Source: Clostridia bacterium
Lineage (GTDB): Bacteria > Bacillota > Clostridia > Oscillospirales > CAG-272
Direction of reading: 5' to 3'
NCBI GenBank assembly: GCA_017550315.1
Contig: JAFZPN010000058.1
Span: 4,793 to 68,792 of the forward strand
DNA length: 64,000 nucleotides
Positions 10,201 through 19,449 of the stretch are shown here, in pieces. The notes below the pieces were generated by a model. That model saw only the letters and a list, made by a program, of their open reading frames with translations, was not told where the DNA came from and searched no databases. The position numbers and the translations under genes were made by a program. Position 1 is the first letter of the stretch; each line of letters starts with the position of its first letter.

Positions 10201-10987
10201 GCGCGATCTGCGCGAGCTTTTCTGCCGTGACCTTCGTCAGGTCTGTGAGGTAGTACCCGCTGTCCTGCTTCATGGCGGTGCGGATCACCACGGTGTTTTT
10301 GTTGGGGCAGGACACATAGCCCGTGTCAAAGAAGTACCCGTCGGAGGCGGCGAGATAGGAGATCACGCCGGGCAGCTCCTCCGGCGGCACCGCGGCATCG
10401 AGCGTCCTTCCGGCGGCTGCGAGGACCAGGCGGATATCCCTGCCGCTCAGCGCGATCTCCCATCCGGCATCGTAATCCTCGATACGGAGGACTTCCGCCG
10501 AACGGTTGTACGATGCGGCGTCGGATCCGCAGCGGATGAGACAGCACCCGCCGCCGTTCAGCGTGACGGCAGGGAGGCGGAACGAGACGTACTCCGCGGC
10601 ATCCGCGGTGCGGTAATACAGCGAGAGATCGCCGAGCGCGAGCGGGGCCTCCCCCGTGTTCGTCAGCTCGATAAAGCCGTATGCGCACGCGGCGGAGCGG
10701 TTCCCGCCGTTGCCGTAGACTTTGGAGATGACAAGGTCACGGTACAGGGAAAGATCGGGATCGGGCGCCGGATCCCGCTCCGGTTCCGGTTCTTCCGCAT
10801 CCGGCGCTTCCGGCTCCGGCACCGGTTTGTCCTCAGCCGGGGCGGGCTCTGCGGCGGTATCGGCGGGTTCTGTCACGGGGGTGCCGCCGTTCTGCGTGTC
10901 GCATCCGCAGCAGATAAGCATCCCCGCGAGAAGCAGCAGCGCGCAGAGGAAGACGAGGGATTTAGGGAGTCTATATGCAAACATCAT
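7244..10987 (-). CDS. secreted multidomain CotH-kinase-family protein with N-terminal lamin-tail domain, Fn3-associated module and C-terminal RCC1-repeat beta-propeller
   Basis: Start at ATG 10987 (MMFAYRLPKSLVFLCALLLLAGMLICCGC signal). LTD-like segment (LVISKVYGNGG...GFIELTNTGEAPLALGDLSLYY). GTIYYTTDGSDPT module. Long CotH-like core (VLVFINGDFWGIYNARERY, LWRNR...RWHFVMLDMD). Five or more RCC1-type repeats (LYAWGSNENNVLGAG, VWGIGDNRYGQLG, YGYGINNGNCLG, VNGTGTDGQAGDG). Confidence 0.85.
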   Translation of the reverse strand: MMFAYRLPKSLVFLCALLLLAGMLICCGCDTQNGGTPVTEPADTAAEPAPAEDKPVPEPEAPDAEEPEPERDPAPDPDLSLYRDLVISKVYGNGGNRSAACAYGFIELTNTGEAPLALGDLSLYYRTADAAEYVSFRLPAVTLNGGGCCLIRCGSDAASYNRSAEVLRIEDYDAGWEIALSGRDIRLVLAAAGRTLDAAVPPEELPGVISYLAASDGYFFDTGYVSCPNKNTVVIRTAMKQDSGYYLTDLTKVTAEKLAQIAPAAMNGSRAAVLGSKLREVKFSHAAGFYAAPLDLELSAPSGYGTIYYTTDGSDPTTSNTRMQYKAAIPLTDTTETEFGNTYTTGLRYVSNIASSAKKMIGAHVIKACATNGEDYTGVYTNSYFVSEKMAKYGVTVMSVSLETKEMFGNPGFYHNFNPSSNDPNTRGKAFLEVFDADGVRRGYSNVELAASGHGSSGTGMRSMKVFYKGSENETDGTDSRLYYDLFDGRATNAKGQSITDFSRLVLRNSGNDHKVSYIRDAYMQRLSSEMAADTMAYAPVLVFINGDFWGIYNARERYSGDYVESHYGIDKDNVALIESDYSQVHTNQNAPFIVTSGLEDDADDFNDLVKYIRKNDMTSGECFAYVESKLDLDSLIDLFVSRLYFSSLDFPGNNIKLWRNRAADDPSGADNRWHFVMLDMDMGISFYKDANNTTETSSYFSWLGSDGTVASSIIHKLLKNEGFKNRFLARFYQALNEIYVPAKMEEELDAIVWERSPIENLQSQRWGASMDTYNSSISDMRRFVRNRNKYALRFLCSYFKVSEEDLRNLGGNSLAVYFSETRLSVTVNGEAVPNPWIRSFEDSLTVHVAAEAREGYEITAILFTDQNGSTVRYEGSEAEITAGGPGEIRFETKKTARPDGLSVRSGIVAGGCELFYLAPDSRLYAWGSNENNVLGAGESEDRITTPRLVHENVAQIEVCHGNDLENGNNNIMAAILTLDGEIYVSGTSTVPGVDTDSAPWTMLEFDGIPVSVSVGYDHLLVLDQNGTVWGIGDNRYGQLGEQDLGGSVMTFSKIADGAVMISAGRRNTAYVDRNGDCYVLGDGRWHKFRDSDENITSPHKLLSGVQSIASGEHELLMVTEDGSLYYAGWRSIAGFKQGTGTAGAEKLSVSDVTKAAIHFGDIAILTGSGALYGYGINNGNCLGSPAVDGVPSLLVGEGVCDVAAGYAFLAYLDADGVVRVNGTGTDGQAGDGTVSEYVRWAAAKME

Positions 10988-11171
10988 TTTCTTGTTTTCA
11001 CTTTCGGGGGGGTCCAAAACCTGCATCGGAGCGTCGTCCGGTGATCTATGGCCAATATAGCATAAAAAACCCGATTCGTCAAGACCTTTGCCGGAAATGG
11101 CGGAGGGGATGCCCGCTCTGTTTTTCTCCCGCCCCGAGACGAGAAAAAACGCAAAGGCAGGGGAATCGCTC

Positions 11172-11200
11172 TTGCAGAGCCGCTCCCGCCGTGCTATAAT
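11172..11200 (+). promoter_or_regulatory. sigma-70-type promoter of the isomerase gene
   Basis: -35 TTGCAG (11172-11177), 17-nt spacer, extended -10 TGcTATAAT (TATAAT 11195-11200). Confidence 0.6.
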
Positions 11201-11266
11201 AAAACCGACGGATCACCCGGGTCCGGCGCGGATCCGTGTCCGGGATTATCGAAAAGGAGTTTCTAT

Positions 11267-12061
11267 ATGAAAATCGGCGTATGCGCGTCCCCCGACAAGC
11301 TGCCCCTGCTCGCGCAGCTCGGGTACAACTATTTGGAAGCGAATTTCAGCTGGCTGGCAGGCCTCGACGAGGATGCCTTCCGGCAGAACACGGACCTGAT
11401 CGAAAAGTATGCCGTCCCCGCCGAGGCGTACAACATCTTCTTCCGCGGCGGCATGAAGCTGTATGCGAAGGACGGCGACCAAACGCCGCTGCTCGGCGAG
11501 ATCGAAGAGTACGTGGAGAGCGGATTCCGGCGCGCCGCGGCATGGGGCGGAAAAATCGCCGTCATCGGCAGCGGATTCGTGCGCGGGATCCCGGAGGGGA
11601 TGAGCCGCGAGGAGGTCGAGCCGCAGTTTGCCCGTGTGCTGACGGTTTGCGGAGAGGCGGCCGAGCGGCACGGCATGCGGATCGTCGTGGAACCGCTGTC
11701 GCGCCGGGACTGCAATTTCATCCACACGGTGGCAGAAGGCGCGGCGGCCGCCCGGATGGCATGTCATCCTGCCGTCGGGGTCCTCGTCGATTTCTATCAT
11801 CACAGCGAGAACGGGGACGATCTCGACAGCCTGCCGTCCTACGGGGATCTCCTCTGGCACGTCCATTACGGACGCCCGAAGGACCGCTGGGCGCCGATCC
11901 CGGGCGACGAGGAGGACCTCGCAAAAATCGCGGCCCTTCTCCGCCGCTGTCCGCACGCGGAGCGGATCAGCCTCGAATGCGCGTGGCATCCGGATTTCGA
12001 CACCGCCGTCACCGTCGCAAGGCCCCTCATGGAGGCGTTCCGGGAGAGCGCGGACGCCTGA
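11267..12061 (+). CDS. sugar phosphate isomerase/epimerase (xylose-isomerase-like TIM barrel)
   Basis: AAGGAG RBS. The 264-aa protein has the family pattern (GYNYLEANF, RIVVEPL, VLVDFYH, ISLEC). Confidence 0.8.
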   Translation: MKIGVCASPDKLPLLAQLGYNYLEANFSWLAGLDEDAFRQNTDLIEKYAVPAEAYNIFFRGGMKLYAKDGDQTPLLGEIEEYVESGFRRAAAWGGKIAVIGSGFVRGIPEGMSREEVEPQFARVLTVCGEAAERHGMRIVVEPLSRRDCNFIHTVAEGAAAARMACHPAVGVLVDFYHHSENGDDLDSLPSYGDLLWHVHYGRPKDRWAPIPGDEEDLAKIAALLRRCPHAERISLECAWHPDFDTAVTVARPLMEAFRESADA

Positions 12062-12102
12062 GCGGGCGGGAAGATGCGGGCGCGTACCGCCGCGTTTTCG
12101 GC

Positions 12103-12131
12103 TTGACTTCGCCCGGGTTTTCCTGTATAAT
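12103..12131 (+). promoter_or_regulatory. near-consensus sigma-70 promoter of the serine dehydratase gene
   Basis: -35 TTGACT (12103-12108), 17-nt spacer, -10 TATAAT (12126-12131). Confidence 0.7.
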
Positions 12132-12209
12132 AGACTTGCATAAGGTTACTGCGGGCAGGCGTTCTGCGCGCCCTTGCCCGATCCTGTCTCTGCCGAAGGA
12201 GCATCCGGA

Positions 12210-13406
<1,197 letters not shown>

Positions 13407-13445
13407 ACACAGCGGAAGCACAAAGCTCCAATCAGACGATATGAT

Positions 13446-13498
13446 CGGGGGAAAAGTCAACGATACGCCCGTTGATTTGCCCCCGGTCTTTTGTTTTT
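13446..13498 (+). terminator. rho-independent terminator after sdaA
   Basis: Imperfect stem CGGGGGAAAAGTCAACG / CGTTGATTTGCCCCCG followed by GTCTTTTGTTTTT. Confidence 0.65.
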
Positions 13499-13550
13499 GG
13501 AAAAAGACGCCGGATTTTGCCGAAATAACGAAAAAATCATTTCCGGCCTC

Positions 13551-13579
13551 TTGACAAGGGTGCGGATATCGTGTAAAAT
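13551..13579 (+). promoter_or_regulatory. consensus sigma-70 promoter of the ABC cluster
   Basis: -35 TTGACA (13551-13556), 17-nt spacer, -10 TAAAAT (13574-13579). It lies about 120 nt upstream of ATG 13698. Confidence 0.7.
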
Positions 13580-13697
13580 CTAAATAAGAAAAAAGTGTTT
13601 TCCGGATGCAAACGCGTGCCGCAGATGGACAAAACGACGTTCATCCTTCCGCGGCCGGGAGGCGCTTATACACAAAACCGTTCACGGGAGGCGCGGG

Positions 13698-15308
13698 ATG
13701 GACAGCGCGAAGTTTAAAGGGAAAGCGGTCCTATATGGGCTTGTCCGTCACAAGAGGAGGAACATCGTCTCGTGCCTCCTGCTTGCGGCGGTCCTGTCCG
13801 TCGCTTTCTGCGGCTTCTTTTACCGCAGTTTCGCCCTGAAAGAACAGCGTGAGATTGCCGCTCGTTACGCAAACCGTTACCGGATCGCGTTCCGGAATGA
13901 ATTGCAGTATAGTCCGGAGCATCCCGGCTGGTCCGCGCTGGACATGCGCGTCAACGGCACGTCCGCGACGGACGGGGTCCCCGATATCTACTTCGATCCG
14001 GACGTCATGTCCGCGTATCACCATCCGTATCCGGCAACGACGGAGATGTTTGATGCTCTCGGCAGCCTGCCGGAATGCCGGGAAACTGCCGTCGCCTACG
14101 CGGAGACCGCCTACGGATTCTCGGAAGATCTTCCCGCGGATATACAGAACAGTCTGAAGGGACTTTACAGCCGCATGGGCATGGGGGTTCATGACGTTCC
14201 CACAAAGATCATGACGGAGCACATCGTCGTCGGCGGGGACCTCGGTGCGTTCACGGGGATCGCGCGGGAAACCTCATCGCAGCGCCTGTTCGATTTCATT
14301 CTGACAGAAGGCGTGGAACCGAGGCACGGAGAATGCGTCATCACGGACTTTTATGCGCGGATTTACGGCAAAGGCGTCGGGGACAGCCTGACGCTGTGCG
14401 ATGTGGCCGGAAATCCGATCGCCGAGCTGAAAATCTCCGGGATTTACAGCCTTTACAGGTCGGATCGGTTTGAATTCGTGAATCCGGACGTGCCGCGCAG
14501 CGGGAGGCACCTGACCGGCGCGGATTTCTTCGAGGATTTCGGCGGCAGACCGGACACCGGGACACCTTTTGACCGGCTATGTGAGAACACGGATGCGCAG
14601 GAGTATATCCGGGCGCATTACCGGGATTCGTATTACTATATTTCGGAAGCCATGCTCGGGGTGATCCATACGGATTTCGAGACGGCCTATGCCCTCTTCG
14701 GGACACCGGAGACCGATGCGGATTTCGCCGCGCGGCACCACCTCAACAACTTCTTCGCATACTTCGACCTCAAAGACGACGCCTCGCCGGAAGCCTTTGA
14801 GGAAGCCGTGCGGAGCATGCTCCCGGAGGACTGGCGCGCGGAATTCACCGTTTATCCGTTCGCGAATTCCTACGAAAACTTCATTAGGAATCCGAACTTT
14901 CTGCTTGAAACGGCGGACACCATGATCCGGGTCTCCGGCGCGCTGACCGCGATTTTGTTCTTGATCGTGACGATCGTTCTGATCCGCGAGAACGGGCGGG
15001 AAATCGGGACCTATCTGAGTCTCGGCATCCCGGAGCGGGACATCGTGATGAAGACGGCGGGGGAGAACACGATCCTCGTGACCATCGCCCTGCTTGCGGC
15101 GGCGGTCTGCGGCGGTCCCGTTCACTGGCTCCTGTCGAAGGGGTATATCTATCTCGAGATGAACGCGCTGCGGTACGGCCCGACCGCTGTCGGACTCGTT
15201 TTCGCCGTATGCGCGGCGGCGGGCTGTTTCATCGTGACGGCGCTGCTGACCGCCGGTTACATCCATATAAATTCGCCGATCCGGCTGATCCGCCGGGACG
15301 AAGCGTAA
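13698..15308 (+). CDS. FtsX/MacB-type ABC permease, long form (module 1; about 380-aa extracytoplasmic domain)
   Basis: Topology is TM1, a large hydrophilic domain, then 3 TM, with the FtsX signature RENGREIGTYLSLGIPERDIV. It is a paralog of the 16674 gene (shared R[ND]ELQY motif just after TM1). Confidence 0.8.
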   Translation: MDSAKFKGKAVLYGLVRHKRRNIVSCLLLAAVLSVAFCGFFYRSFALKEQREIAARYANRYRIAFRNELQYSPEHPGWSALDMRVNGTSATDGVPDIYFDPDVMSAYHHPYPATTEMFDALGSLPECRETAVAYAETAYGFSEDLPADIQNSLKGLYSRMGMGVHDVPTKIMTEHIVVGGDLGAFTGIARETSSQRLFDFILTEGVEPRHGECVITDFYARIYGKGVGDSLTLCDVAGNPIAELKISGIYSLYRSDRFEFVNPDVPRSGRHLTGADFFEDFGGRPDTGTPFDRLCENTDAQEYIRAHYRDSYYYISEAMLGVIHTDFETAYALFGTPETDADFAARHHLNNFFAYFDLKDDASPEAFEEAVRSMLPEDWRAEFTVYPFANSYENFIRNPNFLLETADTMIRVSGALTAILFLIVTIVLIRENGREIGTYLSLGIPERDIVMKTAGENTILVTIALLAAAVCGGPVHWLLSKGYIYLEMNALRYGPTAVGLVFAVCAAAGCFIVTALLTAGYIHINSPIRLIRRDEA

Positions 15309-15327
15309 AGCGGAGGAGGGAAGAATC

Positions 15328-15966
15328 ATGTTTCTCATGCAGAATGCGCTGCGGAATATCGGCCGTCAGCGCGGACGCTACCGGGTTTTGATGCCGCTGC
15401 TCTTGGTCTGCGCGCTTCTCACCGGCGTCTTCACGTCCGTCGCGGTGCCGTGCCGGATGGCCGCAGACCGGGGGAGTACATACGCCGAGGCGCTCGACGT
15501 CACGGACGAAGAAGTCTTGGCGGCATCCGAGCGGGAGGACCGGGCGAGGCGGCTCGGGGAATCCGCGACGCTGCTTTCGTTCAGCGTGCTCCTCGTCGGC
15601 GCGGTCGCGGTCCTGTACGTCTCCTCCATCATGATCGGAGAGCGCATGTTCGACGTCGGGATCCTATATGCCGTCGGACTGTCGCGCGGGCAGATCTTTT
15701 GGACCCTGTTCCTCGAGCTGTTCGCGGCGTGCACGGCGACGCTCGTGTGCGGGCTGGCGGCCGGGAGGATGATCGCCGGGGCGTATCTGCGGCGCGAAAT
15801 CGCGGCGGCCCGTCTTCCGGAGGGAATCCTTTCCTGCATGGGCGGCGGCGTGGCGGAGATGCTCTGTCTCGGCGCGGCGCTCTTGATCCTCTTGATCCCG
15901 ATCGGCAAGCTGACCGTGAGACTGATGAGAACGAACCCCACCGATTTGCTGGCGGAGAGAAAGTGA
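15328..15966 (+). CDS. FtsX-type ABC permease, short form lacking an ectodomain (module 1)
   Basis: GGAGGAGGG RBS. 212 aa with 4 predicted TM and only about 40 aa between TM1 and TM2. FtsX-like loop ERMFDVGILYAVGLSRGQI and C-terminal RTNPTDLL. Confidence 0.7.
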   Translation: MFLMQNALRNIGRQRGRYRVLMPLLLVCALLTGVFTSVAVPCRMAADRGSTYAEALDVTDEEVLAASEREDRARRLGESATLLSFSVLLVGAVAVLYVSSIMIGERMFDVGILYAVGLSRGQIFWTLFLELFAACTATLVCGLAAGRMIAGAYLRREIAAARLPEGILSCMGGGVAEMLCLGAALLILLIPIGKLTVRLMRTNPTDLLAERK

Positions 15967-15974
15967 GGCGCGGC

Positions 15975-16631
15975 ATGATCCGTTTATTTGATTTGCGAAA
16001 GACCTACAAAACCCGGCACGAGACGCTTGAGGTGTTAAAAGGGATCACGCTGACGGTCCCGGATCGGAAATTCGTCATGCTCCTCGGGGAGTCCGGCAGC
16101 GGGAAGAGCACCCTCGCCAATATCCTCGGACTGCTCGACACCCCGACGTCGGGCGAATACTGGCTGGACGAGGTGCCCATCCACACCCTGACTTCCAAAG
16201 CGCGCACCGATCTGCGCCGCGAAAAGGTCAGCTTTGTCTTCCAGAGCTTCAACCTGATCCCGACGATGACGGCGCGGGAAAACATCGAACTGCCGCTCGG
16301 CTACCGCGGGGTCCCGAAGGAGGAACGCGGCGAGCGGGTCGAGGCGGTGCTCCGGGAAGTGGGGCTCTCCGCGCGCGCCGCGCATGTCCCGTCGGAACTC
16401 TCGGGCGGAGAACAGCAGCGGATCGCGATCGCCCGCGCGCTTGTGGTAGAACCGTCCCTTCTGATCGCGGACGAGCCGACCGGGAACCTCGACAAGAGCA
16501 CGACCAAAGCCGTCATGGAGACGCTCACGGAAGCGGGACGCGGCAAGACCGTCTTCATGATCACGCACAACGAAGAGCTGACCGCCTACGCCGACGAGGT
16601 CTATGCCCTGCGGGCGGGGCTGTTGGCGTGA
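15975..16631 (+). CDS. ABC transporter ATP-binding protein (MacB/LolD class, module 1)
   Basis: Walker A GESGSGKST, signature LSGGEQQR, Walker [14 protein letters not shown]-loop ITHN. An alternative GTG start at 15963 overlaps the upstream stop. Confidence 0.9.
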   Translation: MIRLFDLRKTYKTRHETLEVLKGITLTVPDRKFVMLLGESGSGKSTLANILGLLDTPTSGEYWLDEVPIHTLTSKARTDLRREKVSFVFQSFNLIPTMTARENIELPLGYRGVPKEERGERVEAVLREVGLSARAAHVPSELSGGEQQRIAIARALVVEPSLLIADEPTGNLDKSTTKAVMETLTEAGRGKTVFMITHNEELTAYADEVYALRAGLLA

Positions 16632-16673
16632 CGCGCATGAACGTTTGCGGATCCAGCAGAAAGGGGGAGGAAG

Positions 16674-18113
16674 ATGTATCTCGTGACCTATGCGTTTCGG
16701 AATCTTCTCCGGCACAGGCGGAACCTGCGCACGGGGCTCTTGTTGTTCGCCTGTCTGTCCATTCTCTGCTGTATGCTGAACCTCGGCGGCGCGCTCCGGG
16801 TAAAACTCGACGAGGCGACGGCGCCGTACCGGGATCTGTACAATCTCCGTTTCCGGGACGAACTCCAGTATAACGGAAACCCGGCGGCTTCCTCAAGAAA
16901 TGACGGCGCTTACATAGTAAACCCGGATGGAACGAAGGAGTTCCTCTTTGCCGCGGACGCCATGCGGGAATACGACCGGGAATATCTCTGCACGCTCACC
17001 GACGTCGAGGCGCTGACGGACGCGATCTCCCCCACGGACGAGGCCGTGATTGCCGCGGTCACGCCCGTCTATCGGATCGAGCGGACGCCGGAGGAATACC
17101 GGACCTATTCCGAGGTGCCGGAGCAGTCGGTGATCGAATGCTATCTGCTGTCCGGCGATCCCGACGCTTTTGTCTGGTCCGTCAATTCCTTGAACCAGAA
17201 GATGATTCGCTGGGAACTCCCCGCCGATCTCCGGCTGGCAGAGAACGAATGCGTTATCACGAAGCAGTTCGCCGCACGGAACGGTTTAGCTGTCGGAGAC
17301 GAATTTTCGGTCCGGGAGGGCGTAACGGATGGCGATGAACGCACCCTCCGGGTCGCGGCGATCGTTCCGCTGTACGCCACGGACAATCCGGCTTGGCTTC
17401 TGAAGTTTCACGAAGCCAACAGTTCCGACGCTTCTCTTTGGATTCCGGGGACACCGTTCGACCGGGTTGGAGAGACGGAAATAGACGTACCGGACGCGTA
17501 TTTGAAGATCCGCGGCGATCTCTTCAATCTGATCTATGTGAAATCCTCACCCGTACCGCCTGTGCACGTCAATCAAGTCTTCCTGTGGTTCCGGTCGGAG
17601 GAAGGCGCGGAAACGCTCAACGCCCGTTATGCGGGATCTGGATTTATGGGCGACCGGAGCGGCGATTTCGGCATTTTTCCGGCCTCCGAGCTCATCCAGG
17701 TGCACGGGCGCGTCTACGAACAGCAGATCGACGCTGTCCGGAAAACCGCGTGGGGAGCGGGCATCTTTCTCGTCGTCTTCATGCTCATTGGCGTGCTTTT
17801 GAACAATCAGGACAACCGCAAAAACGCCCGGCTTGTCGGCGCGCTCGGCATCCCGCCCCGGAAAATCGCGCTGGCTGACGCGCTGGAATTCGCGTCCGTC
17901 ACGCTGATCGCGTCCGCGGCGGCGCTCGGCGGGGGATTTTTGATCCATAAGCTCACCGAAGCCGGGTTCACGGTCATCCGCACACTCGCCATCCCCTGCC
18001 GGATCGCACCGGGCTACGTCGCGCTGATCCTGCTGGCCGCCGCACTCGGATTCCTCGTCAGCTTCGTACTTTCCATGATCGCCCTGAAACGCACTTACAG
18101 GAGGCTCGGATGA
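16674..18113 (+). CDS. FtsX/MacB-type ABC permease, long form (module 2)
   Basis: GGGGGAGG RBS. TM1 (LLLFACLSILCCMLNLGGAL), an ectodomain of about 310 aa, then 3 C-terminal TM. Paralog of the 13698 gene. Confidence 0.8.
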   Translation: MYLVTYAFRNLLRHRRNLRTGLLLFACLSILCCMLNLGGALRVKLDEATAPYRDLYNLRFRDELQYNGNPAASSRNDGAYIVNPDGTKEFLFAADAMREYDREYLCTLTDVEALTDAISPTDEAVIAAVTPVYRIERTPEEYRTYSEVPEQSVIECYLLSGDPDAFVWSVNSLNQKMIRWELPADLRLAENECVITKQFAARNGLAVGDEFSVREGVTDGDERTLRVAAIVPLYATDNPAWLLKFHEANSSDASLWIPGTPFDRVGETEIDVPDAYLKIRGDLFNLIYVKSSPVPPVHVNQVFLWFRSEEGAETLNARYAGSGFMGDRSGDFGIFPASELIQVHGRVYEQQIDAVRKTAWGAGIFLVVFMLIGVLLNNQDNRKNARLVGALGIPPRKIALADALEFASVTLIASAAALGGGFLIHKLTEAGFTVIRTLAIPCRIAPGYVALILLAAALGFLVSFVLSMIALKRTYRRLG

Positions 18114-18754
18114 AATACAAAGAGGACTATCCCGCATTCTATGCCGTCCGGGATGTCGGGAGACAGAAGAAACGGTTTATATTGCTCATGCTTCTCGTCG
18201 CCCTCTGCGTCGGCGGCGCGGTCTTCGTGGACGGGCTCCGCCACAGCGCTGAGGTGGTCGTTTCGGTTTATTCCGGAGAGATCCTCACCGTCGGGACGCC
18301 GGAATACAGGGCGTTTCACTGGGCGTCCAAAGCGGCGACGATCGGCGGAACGATGCGCGTGAGCGGATGGGTGCTTTCGTGGTTCGCCGCGTATTACGCC
18401 GCTTCCCATGTGTTGAGCCACGGAACACAGTCCGCCGCCGTTCTGTCCGCGCTCGGGGTCCGGCAGAAGACGATTCTGCGGGTGATGCTTCACGAATCGC
18501 TTCTTGTGCTTCTTCCGGCGGTGGCTTTCGGCACCTTCGTCAGCACCCGCCTTTTTCGGATCTGGCTCCGGCGCCGCATTCTCGCGGAGGGATTTCCCGC
18601 GAGGCTGTTTCAAACACACGGCGGCAGCATTTGGTCGTTTCTGATCTTATGTGCGGGGATCCTTTTGGCTGCGGCGATCCCGCTGCTCGTGATGCACTGG
18701 AAGCTCGGCGGCAGATCGGTGGGCGTACTGTTCAGAGAGGGGGAGAGGGAATGA
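18110..18754 (+). CDS. FtsX-type ABC permease, short form lacking an ectodomain (module 2)
   Basis: ATGA start/stop overlap with the upstream gene. 214 aa, 4 TM, TM1-TM2 loop of about 45 aa. FtsX-like loop AVLSALGVRQKTI. Confidence 0.7.
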   Translation: MKYKEDYPAFYAVRDVGRQKKRFILLMLLVALCVGGAVFVDGLRHSAEVVVSVYSGEILTVGTPEYRAFHWASKAATIGGTMRVSGWVLSWFAAYYAASHVLSHGTQSAAVLSALGVRQKTILRVMLHESLLVLLPAVAFGTFVSTRLFRIWLRRRILAEGFPARLFQTHGGSIWSFLILCAGILLAAAIPLLVMHWKLGGRSVGVLFREGERE

Positions 18755-19401
18755 TTTACATGGAACATCTGAAAAAGGCGTACCGGGTGAAGGGAAAGCC
18801 CCGTCCGGTGCTCGAGGACGTGACGCTCAACGTGCCCGAGGGGGAATTCCTGATCCTGCTCGGGAAATCGGGCAGCGGCAAGACGACGCTTCTTTCGGTC
18901 ATGGGTCTGCTCGAACCGTACGACGGCGGCACCTACCGCCTCGACGGCACGGACACGGCGGGACTGTCGGCCAAGGAGCGCACGGACCTGCGGCGGGAAA
19001 AGATCGGATTCGTGTTTCAGTCCTACCAGCTCATCCCGACGCTCACGGCGTTCGAGAACGTCGAGGTGCCGCTCGGCTTTGACGGCGTGCCGAAGGAAGA
19101 ACGGCGGGCGCGGGTGGAGGAGGCCCTGATTGCCGTCGGGCTCGAAGACCGTATTCATCAGCGCGTGACGGAGCTCTCGGGCGGCGAGCAGCAGCGGGTC
19201 GCCATCGCGCGGGCCATCATCCGGCAGCCGAAGGTGATCCTGGCGGACGAGCCGACGGGAAACCTCGACCGCGTGAATGCCGACGAGATCATGAAGCTCT
19301 TACAGTCGCTGCACAGGACCGTCGTCATGGTGACGCACGACGAAAGCCTGACCGCCTATGCCGACGAGGTCTGTGCTCTGCGGGCGGGTGTGCTGGCGTG
19401 A
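18751..19401 (+). CDS. ABC transporter ATP-binding protein (module 2)
   Basis: ATGA overlap with the upstream gene. Walker [29 protein letters not shown]. Its C-terminus [17 protein letters not shown] is nearly identical to that of the module-1 ATPase. Confidence 0.9.
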   Translation: MIYMEHLKKAYRVKGKPRPVLEDVTLNVPEGEFLILLGKSGSGKTTLLSVMGLLEPYDGGTYRLDGTDTAGLSAKERTDLRREKIGFVFQSYQLIPTLTAFENVEVPLGFDGVPKEERRARVEEALIAVGLEDRIHQRVTELSGGEQQRVAIARAIIRQPKVILADEPTGNLDRVNADEIMKLLQSLHRTVVMVTHDESLTAYADEVCALRAGVLA

Positions 19402-19449
19402 AAGATGCGCGCCGACGCCGCGGATGACATAGAATGGGAGGTGACGGTT

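Noticed and set aside
7169-11044. 1291-aa ORF antisense to the CotH gene
   Set aside because: This is the same codon-aligned shadow-ORF effect. The minus-strand product has clear LTD, CotH and RCC1 motifs, while the plus-strand product is compositionally biased nonsense.
13606-13839. 77-aa ORF in the leader of the ABC cluster, considered as a possible substrate or leader peptide
   Set aside because: It has no RBS, overlaps the first permease gene in another frame, and its composition is typical of an off-frame GC-rich translation.
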